Counted from the stretch's first letter, positions 39,110-50,162 are shown. The stretch: 64,000 bases of DNA from a virus (IMGVR_UViG_3300017971_000283:5527-69526); one strand, 5' to 3'. Numbers and translations: made by a program. The notes: generated by a model not told the origin, from the sequence alone.

Positions 39110-39346
39110 TTACTCCTCCATTTCATCTAAAAGTTTTTCTATCTTTGAAAAAAGTTTTTCTATCTTTTTATTTTCATTACCAATGATATCTTCTACTTGC
39201 TTAATATTTTTATTAACATCTTTCTTTAACAACTTTATATCATATTTTTTTTCAATTTCCTTTTTTATTGAAAAAAATTCCTTTTCTATTACTTTTTTTT
39301 GTGCAATTAATTCATCAACTCGTTTTTTTAATCTTACAATATCCAT
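39110..39346 (-). CDS. Small coiled-coil protein of the SbcCD cluster
   Basis: 78 aa helical protein coupled to SbcD. Confidence 0.55.
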   Translation of the reverse strand: MDIVRLKKRVDELIAQKKVIEKEFFSIKKEIEKKYDIKLLKKDVNKNIKQVEDIIGNENKKIEKLFSKIEKLLDEMEE

Positions 39347-40200
39347 TATTCCTTCTCCAGCTCATATATGATTTCTTGAATCTCTTTTGGTTCATTTTCT
39401 ATCGATATCTTTAATATATCATAAAAACCAAAAGAAGTTTCATTTTTCATTTGAATTTCTTCAATAAAATCATCAAAGCCCTGTTTATCAAAGCCTTGAA
39501 GCTCTATTTTTTCTTCAAAAACATCAGAAATAAAAGGGATCTCTATCCTTTTGACATTAGGTTTTTTTTCAATCCAGTCCAAAACATAAAAACAAGGATT
39601 ATGTTTTTTCAATGTAATATCTTTTCTTAGCATTGGTCCGGTATTTAAAATATTATCTTTGAAAAATTCTTTATGGATATCACCACACAAAACAAATCTA
39701 AAATCTTTTAATTTTTGAAAATCAACTAAATTATGACCATGATAATTTTTTTCTAATGCTATTGGGGAGTGAGCTACTAATAAATTTTTTTGAGTTTTAT
39801 CATTAACCTTTGGAATGTCCTTTTGATTCCATGATTGCCCATAAATAAAAACACTATCAATAAAAACCGGTTGATCATTGAGTATTTTCAAATAACCAGT
39901 TTTATTAAGAATACTCATATTTGTATTTTTTATATTCCTGAAAAGCATATCGTGTTGGCCAGATACACAATAAACAGAAAAACTATATTTTGATAAAAGC
40001 TCCATAAAATCTTCAAGCAGGCGATATGATCTTGGCTTATCAAACATATCTCCTGCTTGAAAAATATATTCAATATCATTTTTTTTTGCATAATCAAAAA
40101 TGAATTTAAGTTTTTCGAACTGAGTTTGATATGTATCATCCTTCCGGGAAAATATGGGCCTGTCAATTAAATGTAAATCAGATATAAGAATTGCTTCCAT
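39346..40200 (-). CDS. SbcD/Mre11-like metallophosphoesterase nuclease
   Basis: SDLH, AGDMFD, GQHD, AH, CGDIH, NTG motifs. Confidence 0.88.
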   Translation of the reverse strand: MEAILISDLHLIDRPIFSRKDDTYQTQFEKLKFIFDYAKKNDIEYIFQAGDMFDKPRSYRLLEDFMELLSKYSFSVYCVSGQHDMLFRNIKNTNMSILNKTGYLKILNDQPVFIDSVFIYGQSWNQKDIPKVNDKTQKNLLVAHSPIALEKNYHGHNLVDFQKLKDFRFVLCGDIHKEFFKDNILNTGPMLRKDITLKKHNPCFYVLDWIEKKPNVKRIEIPFISDVFEEKIELQGFDKQGFDDFIEEIQMKNETSFGFYDILKISIENEPKEIQEIIYELEKE

Positions 40201-41219
40201 TAAAATTTCCCTTCGCATATCGGACAAAATTTTTGTTTCTTTTTCTCTTTTTCAAATATCTTCATTTGAACGTCTAATTTGCGATTTAAAGCGTTCAAAT
40301 CCAAAAGTAAGGTCTTAACCTTCCGAAAAAAAGATAATCGATCCTTGGTGTCTTTCAGATCCAATAAACTATCTTTTAACTGATTTGTCTTCTCTAAGAT
40401 TTGATATCGTTCAAATCTTTCCCGGTACTTATTTAAAAATTCAATTTTTTCTTTTTCTTGTTTCTGGTCATTATTTATTTTTTCAACTTGAGATAATAGA
40501 TTCATTACCCTATCCAAATTCTCAAATCTTTTTATCTCGTTTTGTTTTTTTTGATACTGACTTAATAATTGAAGTTTTTCTTTTTGTTGTTTTTGATTAT
40601 CTTTCAACCTTTCATATTTTTTGAAAAATGCTTCAATTATATTAAATTTAGAATACTTTTTAAGTTCATTGTTTATACTTATCAAATCATTTTTTCTAAT
40701 TTCCAACTCCTTTTGTTTTGAATTAATTCTTTTTTTAAGTTTTGAAATCCATTCAAGTGCCTTATCTAATCTCAAAACTGAATTAAAATACCTACCTATT
40801 TCTCCAGCAGATGATTTTGCAAGAAAAACTTCATCAACAGTTCCAAAAACATATTCAGAAAAACCTAAAATATTCAATATTTCTTCTGGAACCTTTCTAT
40901 TCAATACCCTAAATTTTTGATCATTTAAATAATACCACTCATCAATAATTTTTGGTTGATTATCTTTTTGAATTTTTACTTTTTGACATAAACCAAGAAT
41001 CTTATTTTCTACATTTACTTCAATTTCAACATTCCCTTCTTTTAAGTTATCCGGAAAATATTCCTGGATTCCTGGTTTTTTAGTAATTAAAAGTTGAACG
41101 GCTCTTTGGATTGCCGTTTTTCCTGATTGTGATAATCCAATAATTGCCGTAATATCAGAAAAATCAATCTTAAGATTTTTATGACATTGGAAATTTTTTA
41201 TATGAATTGAATCAATCAT
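40200..41219 (-). CDS. SbcC/Rad50-like ATPase, N-terminal half
   Basis: IKNFQCH, Walker A GLSQSGKT, coiled coil ending in the zinc hook CPIC. Confidence 0.85.
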   Translation of the reverse strand: MIDSIHIKNFQCHKNLKIDFSDITAIIGLSQSGKTAIQRAVQLLITKKPGIQEYFPDNLKEGNVEIEVNVENKILGLCQKVKIQKDNQPKIIDEWYYLNDQKFRVLNRKVPEEILNILGFSEYVFGTVDEVFLAKSSAGEIGRYFNSVLRLDKALEWISKLKKRINSKQKELEIRKNDLISINNELKKYSKFNIIEAFFKKYERLKDNQKQQKEKLQLLSQYQKKQNEIKRFENLDRVMNLLSQVEKINNDQKQEKEKIEFLNKYRERFERYQILEKTNQLKDSLLDLKDTKDRLSFFRKVKTLLLDLNALNRKLDVQMKIFEKEKKKQKFCPICEGKF

Positions 41220-41868
41220 TTTATCTCCTCTCCAGCCGAAGAGTCCAGCGCCTTTATTCCTTTAAAATACACATCATCATATAGCGGTGCGCTAAATCGA
41301 ATCTTTCTTTTTCGTCTCTTCGCTTCAAGTTTTTCGCAGATTTTATTTTTTAATTTTTCGAGGGATTGTTTTCTCTTTTTCTTTTGTCTACAAGATATAT
41401 CCTCAATAAAGACAGAAGGATTTTTATCATGTTTTATATAACTGGGTACGCTAAAACTCATCATTCCCCCACAATTTCAATTGTGACATCAACCAAATCG
41501 CTCTTGAGATCCAGATCGTTTTCTATATACCAATCTTCAAACTGAGAATACCTTTCCATACCGTCATCAAATCCACCTGTCCATTGGATCCATGCTACCA
41601 GATTCAATTCGTGGCTTGAATTCGGCATGATTTCTAAAATAACCGACAACGGAGAACCAAAAAACTCTATCAATGCTGACGAGCATTTTTCGAGAATTTC
41701 TTTTGGTGTGAAGTGCCCTCCTGGCAGTTTATTAGGGTCGGAATATCTATTGAGAAAAAGAACTATTTCTTCTTTATTTTTGTCATTTTCAAGGCAAGCG
41801 ATCATCCCCAGAAGTGCAAAACCTTCTGCTAAATCGACATTATTTTTTATATGAATTGAATCAATCAT
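41216..41868 (-). other. Two hypothetical ORFs (41216-41464, 41461-41868), likely a recent insertion
   Basis: Higher GC than flanks. The second ORF starts MIDSIHIKN, identical to the SbcC-N start. Confidence 0.5.
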
Positions 41869-41979
41869 TTTGCCACCCATATTTTTTTTCTTGTTTTTAA
41901 AACATCTTTTTTAAAAATATCTATCGCTTCTTTTGGATTAATTTTAGAAATAGTAAACCATGATGAAAACAATGCATCA

Positions 41980-42462
41980 TTACCACAATCCATTCCTTTT
42001 AAAAGTATCTACAAATCCATCCCAACTTAAAATAACAATTGGCTTACTAAAACTTTTTCTTTTAAAAACTATCATCCAATTTCTATTTGATTTTTTATTA
42101 TTATTTACTTGTTCAATTGTTTTCCCTAAATTTAATTGCTCTGTTGATTTACATTCAATATCATATGGAAAAAGTTTTCCTGCTTCCTCTCTTAGTATTA
42201 TATCGGTTCCGGCTTGCCCCATTTCTCTTGATCTTATTAAACTTTCATCATCAGATTGATCATAAGGAATATTTATCAAATCAGAAATCTTTCTACAAAC
42301 CCATTGTTGAAGATTTCTTCCTTTACTTTTTGCTGATGAAACTTTTATTGGTTTTAGTCTCTTTTCAAATTTCTTTCTTAACTTAATATTTTTATTACTA
42401 TCACAATATTTTATACAATCAATAATTTCTTCAACTTCCTTTTTATTCAATATTATATTCAT
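41980..42462 (-). CDS. Putative Holliday junction resolvase (PD-(D/E)xK)
   Basis: SAKSKGRNLQQWV, MGQAGTDI, FPYDIECK. Confidence 0.8.
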   Translation of the reverse strand: MNIILNKKEVEEIIDCIKYCDSNKNIKLRKKFEKRLKPIKVSSAKSKGRNLQQWVCRKISDLINIPYDQSDDESLIRSREMGQAGTDIILREEAGKLFPYDIECKSTEQLNLGKTIEQVNNNKKSNRNWMIVFKRKSFSKPIVILSWDGFVDTFKRNGLW

Positions 42463-42464
42463 AC

Positions 42465-43304
42465 TTATTTTCCTTTTTTACAAAATAACTTCATCCAATT
42501 TTTCGCATCATTTGAAAAACTATAAAATTCATACTTTTTAAATACTTTCAAAAAATCTTTTATCTTTAATTTTCTTTTTTCATATTTTATTTCTTTAGTT
42601 TTTTTATGTGGTAAACTTACTATTGGAAAATTCCTATCAAAGACATCATTATTTAATATAATATCGCTATATTTTTTTGTTGTTTTTTTCAACTCTTTGT
42701 TTAAGTATTTTATTGCAGTTTTGGGACCAATCCCCTTTACTCCTTGAACCGTATCAGTTTGACATCCTGCCCATGCCTTTACTAATCGCCATGACCATGC
42801 ACTCAAATTATACTCTTCCCAAAAACTTTCATTTGTCATTATATTTCTTGACATTATTGAATATTGTGAAGTTTCTAAATCAAGTAATTGCCAAAGATCA
42901 TTATCAGAACTTATAATAATTTTTTTTTCATATGAATATTGATTACAAAATTGAGCAATTAAATCATCTGCCTCAAGACCTATTTGACGAAAACATTGAA
43001 ACCCCATATCCGGAAGAATTTCTTTTCTTAAAAGTTCAAATTGTCTGTAAGCGTCTTGCAAACTTTCCTTTTCTTCATCAGTCAAATCTTTCCTTCTATC
43101 TTTGTATCCAGGATATTCTTTTTTTCTAAATGATTTTTTACTATCAAAAAAGAAAATGCATTCATTATCTTCAAATTCTTCAACAATACTTTTTACTCTT
43201 AATAAAAATCCATAAATAACTGAAGTATTATTATCGTCTGAAGTTAATTTTGGCATTGAATAATAAACAGAATACCCAATATTGTGGGCATCAAATAAAA
43301 GCAT
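42465..43304 (-). CDS. 5'-3' exonuclease / flap endonuclease
   Basis: LFDAHN, FFDS..SFRK..Y..YK..R, EADDLIA, SSDNDL.QL, D.V.GVKGIGPKTA. Confidence 0.92.
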   Translation of the reverse strand: MLLFDAHNIGYSVYYSMPKLTSDDNNTSVIYGFLLRVKSIVEEFEDNECIFFFDSKKSFRKKEYPGYKDRRKDLTDEEKESLQDAYRQFELLRKEILPDMGFQCFRQIGLEADDLIAQFCNQYSYEKKIIISSDNDLWQLLDLETSQYSIMSRNIMTNESFWEEYNLSAWSWRLVKAWAGCQTDTVQGVKGIGPKTAIKYLNKELKKTTKKYSDIILNNDVFDRNFPIVSLPHKKTKEIKYEKRKLKIKDFLKVFKKYEFYSFSNDAKNWMKLFCKKGK

Positions 43305-43378
43305 TTATACCTCCACTATATTTTTTTTTAAAGCTTCTTCAATTGCCGAAATAAGAGTATTTCCACCGTTATAAAATT

Positions 43379-43594
43379 TTACTTCAAAAGATATCGACCC
43401 ATCTTTATTTTTTTTGATCTAAATATCTCTGTTTCATCAAAATATTCTTTTCTTTCAATAATTTTATATATGTTATTTTCAAAAATTACATAATCTTCAA
43501 AATTACATATACGTTCTTCAAATTCTTCCAAGGCTGTTTTATACCATCTTGTGTTGATTTTTCCTATAATTTTTAAAGCATTTTCTTCAGTCAA
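43379..43594 (-). CDS. Hypothetical protein
   Basis: 71 aa ORF between recA and the exonuclease gene. Confidence 0.4.
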   Translation of the reverse strand: MTEENALKIIGKINTRWYKTALEEFEERICNFEDYVIFENNIYKIIERKEYFDETEIFRSKKIKMGRYLLK

Positions 43595-43597
43595 TAA

Positions 43598-44602
43598 TTA
43601 TATCCTCACTTTTATTTTTCTTGAAACTTTTAATTCTTGTTGTACCTTTCTCCAATAATCTCTTGTTAATTCCCTTAATTTTTTTTCATAATTATTATTT
43701 TCAATATAATCAATTGCAGTTTGAATACTACCTTGTTTATATATTTTATCAATTGCGCAATATTCCCCGGTCAAACTATATATATATTCAAGATTTCCTC
43801 TTACATCATCAATACCATATCCAAAAACTATATTTATCAACCCTTCTCTCAAAGGATCATCAATTGAAGACTTAATAACTTTACATTTTGATATAATACC
43901 TAAAACCTTTTCCACTTTTACCTTTTTCTTTCCTTCAATACTAATTTCTTTTGTTTTGATTATTTTAGATTTTGGGAATGCCGGGTTTATTTTTATTCTC
44001 AAAGAAGAATAATATATAACAGCGTTATTTGTTGTTGCATACTTTCCATTTGGTCCTTCTCTTTCTTGGTTTGAAAATATCAATATCATATTCTTATCTT
44101 CAATTTCTTTTGAAAACTTTCTCATTGCCGCTGAAAAATCTTTACCTCTTTTCATACCCATTTTATCTTCTGAATCTTTTTCAAGATCTGACATAAGTGC
44201 AGCGGCAGAATCAACACAACAAAGATTAATTTTATCAGTAGAAGGTTTCCAATCATATAGTTCTTCAAAAAGCTCATTTATTGTTTTTGGCTTACTGTAC
44301 TCAAAATTCTTTGAAAGATCCATTCCATAAACTTCTGAATATTCTTTATTCAATCGTCCTTCTGGATCTTTAAACTTTACTTGCCCACCATGAATTTGAC
44401 AAGACGCTGCAAGTTCAGCGAGTATTGAAGTTTTGCCACATCCTGAAGGACCAAAAATATCAATAATATTTCCTGAAGGAATACCACCTAATTTATTTAC
44501 TCCACCTGAAATTATCATATCTAAAATTGTAGAACCGGTTGAAAGTGTTATTATCCTTTCTTTAGTTTCTTTTTTCTTTTTTTTTATTTTATTTAAATCC
44601 AT
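43598..44602 (-). CDS. RecA/UvsX-like recombinase
   Basis: STGSTILD, GGIP.G.I.DIFGPSGCGKT, VDSAAAL, NQER, YYSSLRI. Confidence 0.92.
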   Translation of the reverse strand: MDLNKIKKKKKETKERIITLSTGSTILDMIISGGVNKLGGIPSGNIIDIFGPSGCGKTSILAELAASCQIHGGQVKFKDPEGRLNKEYSEVYGMDLSKNFEYSKPKTINELFEELYDWKPSTDKINLCCVDSAAALMSDLEKDSEDKMGMKRGKDFSAAMRKFSKEIEDKNMILIFSNQEREGPNGKYATTNNAVIYYSSLRIKINPAFPKSKIIKTKEISIEGKKKVKVEKVLGIISKCKVIKSSIDDPLREGLINIVFGYGIDDVRGNLEYIYSLTGEYCAIDKIYKQGSIQTAIDYIENNNYEKKLRELTRDYWRKVQQELKVSRKIKVRI

Positions 44603-44707
44603 TGTTTTTCCTTTATTAAAATTTAATGGTCGGTTTTATTTGGCAATCTTTCTGCGAAGGAACCGAAAAACCCGCAGTTCAGCCGGTAGCTATCCGGCAA
44701 CCTTTAT

Positions 44708-46003
44708 TTATTCCTCACTTGCTTTATAACAATCATCAAAAAGATTGCATTCATCACAATTTTCAAAATCACCCAAATCCTTACCAAAAAAACCTCCTTC
44801 AGGGCATTCTTTTTCTTTCTTTTTCCCGGACTTTTTCTTTTTCCCGGACTTTTTCTTTTTTGCTTCCTTTTCTATTTTCTTTTTTTCTTTCTCGCACCCC
44901 TTTTTATTTGGGCATTCTTCACATTCATCATAGTCTCCAAACTCTTTCCCAAAAATTCCGTCCTCTATAAAACATTCATTCGGATCATTTTCAGGCTCTT
45001 CATTTTCAGGCTCTTCATTTTCAGGCTCTTCATTTTCAGGCTCTTCATTTTCAGGCTCTTCATTTTCAGGCTCTTCATTTTCAGGCTCTTCATTTTCAGG
45101 CCCTTCATTTTCAGGCTCTTCATTTTCAGGCTCTTCATTTTCAGGCTCTTCATTTTCAGGTTCCGGTTCTTCTTCAAAATGAGCCTTATATACAATCCTA
45201 TAATACTTTTCAAAATCCCATTTACCATCTTTAATCGGCATATTCAAAAGCATTTCTAATGCTGGTGCTTCCTCATAAACATCCTCTGGAATATCATATT
45301 TTCTACTATCTAATTTATGCCCTATACTTCCGGTATGATCGCCATCCGATCCCTCAAATGATTTTTTTACCCCCTGAAAACTCACTATATTTTCAGAAAG
45401 TCCTTCATATACTGAGATTGTAACTTCTTCATCTTCATCTTCATCATAACCACCCTTTAAGAGAGGATTTAATTCTTTCATCATATAATGATTTGATGAT
45501 TCAAATATCATTGATTTTTTTTCTTTTTTAAACCAAATAAAATATAGTTCTCTTGGCTTAAATTTAAGTTTTGAAAGAACTGTTTTCCAGTCAGCACCAG
45601 TTCTTCTTAGTTCTTGAAAATCTTCGCAAACGGGACAGGGCATATCAAAAGTTTTTTTTGTACAAATAAAAGTTTCATCTCCAATATTAGGATGAGTATA
45701 AAATTCAAGAAAAATATCATAATCATCAACAAACTTTGCACTTTTACCAAAGAACTTTTTTCTTTCCTTACTTACTTCAAAATCATCTTTATCTTTAATA
45801 AAAGAAGGATGAAGAGTCGTCATGGGAAATGGGATAACATTAAATCGATTTGTTCCCATTTGAACAGAATACATTTCCCATGGATCAGCTTTCAAAAGAT
45901 AAGGTTTTGAATTTACCTTTTCTTTTTCAGATTCCTTTTGATCTTTCTTTGCTCGCATCTTTGCCAAAATTTCTTCTCTTCGTGACATTTTTTTCTTCGC
46001 CAT
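44708..46003 (-). CDS. Putative gp32-like single-stranded DNA-binding protein with acidic repeats and two C-terminal Cys4 modules
   Basis: H.NIG..FIC.KKTF..PCPVCE core, about 12 EEPEN repeats, and C....FG.....C..C....C twice. Confidence 0.65.
   Translation of the reverse strand: MAKKKMSRREEILAKMRAKKDQKESEKEKVNSKPYLLKADPWEMYSVQMGTNRFNVIPFPMTTLHPSFIKDKDDFEVSKERKKFFGKSAKFVDDYDIFLEFYTHPNIGDETFICTKKTFDMPCPVCEDFQELRRTGADWKTVLSKLKFKPRELYFIWFKKEKKSMIFESSNHYMMKELNPLLKGGYDEDEDEEVTISVYEGLSENIVSFQGVKKSFEGSDGDHTGSIGHKLDSRKYDIPEDVYEEAPALEMLLNMPIKDGKWDFEKYYRIVYKAHFEEEPEPENEEPENEEPENEEPENEGPENEEPENEEPENEEPENEEPENEEPENEEPENEEPENDPNECFIEDGIFGKEFGDYDECEECPNKKGCEKEKKKIEKEAKKKKSGKKKKSGKKKEKECPEGGFFGKDLGDFENCDECNLFDDCYKASEE
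44986..45166. repeat. 15-bp tandem repeat (about 12 copies) encoding EEPEN
   Basis: CATTTTCAGGCTCTT units with one variant. Confidence 0.95.
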
Positions 46004-46129
46004 TTTGTCTTTCCTTTTGTTTAAAGTTTTCCTTAGTAATAAACCAACTATTAAATATAATCCTTGATAATAAATGAGCTAAAAATAAAACAAAAAATCC
46101 AAATATTAAGTATTCCACTCCTTTCATTT

Positions 46130-46636
46130 TTACCCACTCTTTCTTTTTCCTTTAAATTTATTTTTTTTAGTAATTTGAAAATATTCCTGTCTCCAGAGAT
46201 CAGACAGGTCTTTGATAGCATCCCTCCTTTGTAAAAGTGCAGATTTAATACCATCCCAAAGCTCTTCATTTTTAATTGCTTCTGAAAGTTTTTGGGACAA
46301 TACTTTTTGTACTCGCATTTTTTTTTGAATAAAATCATTAATATCATCGTTTTGACTAACAAAAGCTTCAATACTTTTATCAGTAATTTTGTTTCCAAGA
46401 TTATATTTATCTTGGTTTGTTCTTACATCAAGGGCGAGTTCTGATTTCATTCTTTCAAGTTCAGTTTTAAAAGTAATCTTTTCCTGTCTCAATTTTTCAG
46501 ATAGTTCAAAAGATCTTGATTTCCATCCCGCATATTCCTTTGTTGCTTCAAAAAAAAGTCCCGGTTGAATCTCCCACTCTTCATCTAATTTTGTTTTATC
46601 AGGTTGTAAATATTCTTTTATTTCTTCAGGTGTCAT
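46130..46636 (-). CDS. UvsY-like recombination mediator (putative)
   Basis: LDEEW..QP, KITDKSIE, AL.QRR.AI.DL..LW..EYF pattern. Confidence 0.55.
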   Translation of the reverse strand: MTPEEIKEYLQPDKTKLDEEWEIQPGLFFEATKEYAGWKSRSFELSEKLRQEKITFKTELERMKSELALDVRTNQDKYNLGNKITDKSIEAFVSQNDDINDFIQKKMRVQKVLSQKLSEAIKNEELWDGIKSALLQRRDAIKDLSDLWRQEYFQITKKNKFKGKRKSG

Positions 46637-47393
46637 TTTTTTATTCCTTTTTGTTTATGAAACTCTTCAATATCTCCAGGCGTATCCCAAATCCAAGATA
46701 TTGAAAACGGGTATTTTTTATCAGCAGATTTAAAAAACTTTTTATTTGTTTTTAAATCTGATAAGATTTCTATCCCACCTTTTACATCTTTTATTTTGTA
46801 ATAAAGTTTTTTAGCCATTGTCTCCCTTCCTATGTGTTTTTTCTCCTTCATAAATAAAATTTGCAATGGTAAGCGGCTTGGGACTTCTCACTTCATGTGG
46901 ATCAACGCACACTGTGTATCCTCCTGTTTTTCTTAAAAACATCTTTTAAGTACAGTTCGAGGAAACTTATTTCATACTCTATCTTTCCACCGTATCCATT
47001 TTTAGTGGTTTTCTCAACTGCTTTTTTTATGTCCAGAAATGACTTGTTTTTTCTATATTGCAACCCGTAGGCTGCAATGTATTTTCCGGTTATACCGGAA
47101 AATAGGATTTTTTCACTTAATTTTTTAAAATTAAGTGGTATTCTACCGGGTACTGGTTTTGGTTCTTTTTTTGCTACTCTGTTCATTTTTTTCTCCTTTG
47201 TACCAAAGGCAATTTGTTGCGCTGTCATTACTTGTCCACCAGTCTTCATTCATTATACCCTTATCTTTGCACCTTGTTTCTATTCGATATTCTATATGTA
47301 TCACGAAAACCAAAAACAGTTTTAGATTATTCCATATTTTTTTCGAAAGGATTGCCGTGTAGAATCGATTATCTCTATTCGCCCTATCTTTTC

Positions 47394-50003
47394 TTACCAC
47401 CTATCTGATCCAAACACGTTAAAATCGAAATAAGCTGTATTACCATCTTCCATATCTTTAAAAATCTTTTCAACTTTTTCAGGAATGCTTAAAACTTCTA
47501 ATTTGAAAAAACCTTTTGTTTTTATTGGTGTTGAAATTTTTTCAGCCATAGCGGGACCAATACCTTTTATTTCAATGAACGGTGGAATAATATAATCATT
47601 TTCAATTTTCCAATCATAAGGTAATCCATCTTTTAATGTAGGTGGTTTAAATTCAAGACCACCTTTTATTGATGAATCTATTATTGTTTGTTTTCCTTTT
47701 TTTCCTGCAAACTTTAATGAAGCTAAAATAAACTCATGTGGAAAATAAACCTTTAGCCATGCACACCAATAAGAAAGTACAGAGTATCCAACAGAATGGG
47801 ATAAATTAAATGAATAAGCAGCATGTTCTTCAAAGCCCTTCCAAAGCTCTATAGCTTCTTTTTTTGATAATGTTTTTTCATTCTTACAACCTAAAATAAA
47901 TAATTCTTTATACTTCTCAAATGCTCCTACATCACTTTTTTTAGCAATAATTTTTCTAATTCGATCCGCTGTTGTATAGGGCAATCCTGCAAGCCTGTTA
48001 ATACACTGCATCACTTGTTCTTGATACGCAATACATCCATAAGTATCTTTTGTTATTTCTTCATAAATGGGATGAAGTTTTTTCCATTTTTTTGAAAATT
48101 TTCTTTTAATATATTCTTTAGTCATACCTGAATTCATTGGTCCCGGTCTTACTAAGGCAGTTGTCGCACACATTTCTTTAAAATTATTAACTTGTAAATC
48201 TTTAGAAAGTTTTGTCATGGGCCAAGTATTAAATTGAAAAATTCCTGAAGTATCACCTTTCGCAATTATTCTAAAAATATTTTTATCTTTCAAATCAAGA
48301 GTTGTTAAATCAATTTTATTACCTGATTTTTCTTCAATTAAATTTAAACAATGTTTTATTGTATCCAAGGTATTTAGTGCAAGAATATCAAGTTTTAACA
48401 AACCAAGATATTCACAATCATCTTTATCCCAATTTAACTTTGTCACCCCTTCACTTTCTGATATTACACCTTGGCCAGATAAAGGATTCTTTGATATTAT
48501 TACTCCTGCTGCGTGTTTTGTATATGATCTTATTCTTCCTCTAATTTTATAAGCATAATCAAGATATTCTTTATATTCATTATAAAAATCTTTTGCGATT
48601 TTCTTTATATCATCAAGTTCTTCAATTTGAGTGCTAATAAAATCTGATTGTTTTGGAGAACATAAAGAAAACACTCTACAAATATCCTTAAACGCTGCTC
48701 GATCTTGCATTTTTTGAAAACTTGCTACAACTGCAACTTTATCCTTACCATATTTATTTGATAAGTATTCAAAAATATCTCCTATTCTTAATGATTCGAA
48801 ATCAATATCAATATCCGGATAATCATTCCTATCTTCTGCAATAAATCTTGAAAATAAAAGATCATGTTTTATAGGATTTATTTGAGTTATTCCTAAAATA
48901 TAAGCAACTAAAGAACCGCCCACGCTTCCTCTACCGGGTGAAGTTAAAATATTCTTTTCTTTACAAAATTGAAGTAGATCATATGTGATTAAAAAATAAT
49001 CACATAAACCTTTACTTAAAATGATTCTTTTCTCTTCTTTTATTCTATCTTTATATACTTGAATATTATTTATAAATTCAGCTTGTTTTTCCCTCATACC
49101 TTTTGCTATCAAAATATTAAAAGCCTTTTCACCTGTAAAATTTATTGTACTTATTTCAACTTTTGGTAAGGAAATATTTTTTTCTTTTAATTCAAAATTT
49201 ACCTTATTTTCTATAATACTATTATTTTTAAACATCTGAAAAATTTCAGACTTAGAAAAAATACCTTGTCTTAAAAAACTTAAAAACATTTCCTTTCCTG
49301 ATTTTAACCAATGAGTCCTTTCATCAAATTTCCATCTGTTAGGATTTGCCCAGGTATCACTTCTTTGAATACAAAGAAGTATTTCATGAACTTTTACATC
49401 TTCTTTTAAGACATAATGACAATCATTTGTTCCTATCAATGAAAGATTAAATCTTTTTTGTATTTGTTTTATTTTCAAATTCAAATCTTTTTGAATTTGA
49501 AGTTCCAAAGGCATTACTTCTAAAAATAAATCGTCCTTAAAAGTATTAATTAATTGAGGTAAGTATTCTTCATATAAATTATCATCTTGCAAAAATGAAG
49601 CAATACAGCCGGATAAAATAATTAAGCCCTTTGAATGTTTTTGAAGTATATCAAAATCAATTCTTGGTTTTCTATAATACCCATCAAGATTCGCAATTGA
49701 TAATATTTCACAAAGATTTTTATATCCATATTCATTTTTAACTAGTAATGTTATATGATGTCTTTTTTCTTTCTTTTTAATTAAATGATTTTTTACAAGA
49801 TAAGCTTCGCATCCAAAAATAGGTCTTATACCTTCTTTTTTACAGGCTTTATGAAATCTTACATGACCATCAATATTTCCATGATCTGTTATCGCAAGAA
49901 CCTTTTGATCAAGCTCTTTTGCTCTTTTTACATACTCATCAACTTTACCAAGACCATCTAAAGGAGAGTATTCTGTATGAACATGAAAATGAGTGAAATT
50001 CAT
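47394..50003 (-). CDS. dnaE: DNA polymerase III alpha subunit (C-terminally short)
   Basis: PHP domain HFHVHTEYSPLDG / AITDHG, GRGSVGGSLVAY.LGIT, catalytic PDIDIDF, HAAGVII, KLDILAL, YSFNLSHS. Confidence 0.95.
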   Translation of the reverse strand: MNFTHFHVHTEYSPLDGLGKVDEYVKRAKELDQKVLAITDHGNIDGHVRFHKACKKEGIRPIFGCEAYLVKNHLIKKKEKRHHITLLVKNEYGYKNLCEILSIANLDGYYRKPRIDFDILQKHSKGLIILSGCIASFLQDDNLYEEYLPQLINTFKDDLFLEVMPLELQIQKDLNLKIKQIQKRFNLSLIGTNDCHYVLKEDVKVHEILLCIQRSDTWANPNRWKFDERTHWLKSGKEMFLSFLRQGIFSKSEIFQMFKNNSIIENKVNFELKEKNISLPKVEISTINFTGEKAFNILIAKGMREKQAEFINNIQVYKDRIKEEKRIILSKGLCDYFLITYDLLQFCKEKNILTSPGRGSVGGSLVAYILGITQINPIKHDLLFSRFIAEDRNDYPDIDIDFESLRIGDIFEYLSNKYGKDKVAVVASFQKMQDRAAFKDICRVFSLCSPKQSDFISTQIEELDDIKKIAKDFYNEYKEYLDYAYKIRGRIRSYTKHAAGVIISKNPLSGQGVISESEGVTKLNWDKDDCEYLGLLKLDILALNTLDTIKHCLNLIEEKSGNKIDLTTLDLKDKNIFRIIAKGDTSGIFQFNTWPMTKLSKDLQVNNFKEMCATTALVRPGPMNSGMTKEYIKRKFSKKWKKLHPIYEEITKDTYGCIAYQEQVMQCINRLAGLPYTTADRIRKIIAKKSDVGAFEKYKELFILGCKNEKTLSKKEAIELWKGFEEHAAYSFNLSHSVGYSVLSYWCAWLKVYFPHEFILASLKFAGKKGKQTIIDSSIKGGLEFKPPTLKDGLPYDWKIENDYIIPPFIEIKGIGPAMAEKISTPIKTKGFFKLEVLSIPEKVEKIFKDMEDGNTAYFDFNVFGSDRW

Positions 50004-50162
50004 ATTTAGTCCTTTTATCATTTTTTCAAATTCTTTATAAGAGAAACTAATTCATGCGACCAGTTTGATGGTTTCCTTTTTCCCGTTTTTCAAAATCTTA
50101 TCACCCTTTTTCCCGATCTTAATCTTCCCGGCGCATGGCATGGCAGGTTTAAGTGTTTTCCA

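Noticed and set aside
44986-45166. Possible CRISPR array
   Set aside because: Contiguous repeat units with no spacers, in frame within a protein; the same applies to 52560-52650 and 63123-63215.
47143-47400. Frameshifted continuation of dnaE
   Set aside because: No OB-fold or DnaE-like motifs are recognisable in the downstream short ORFs.
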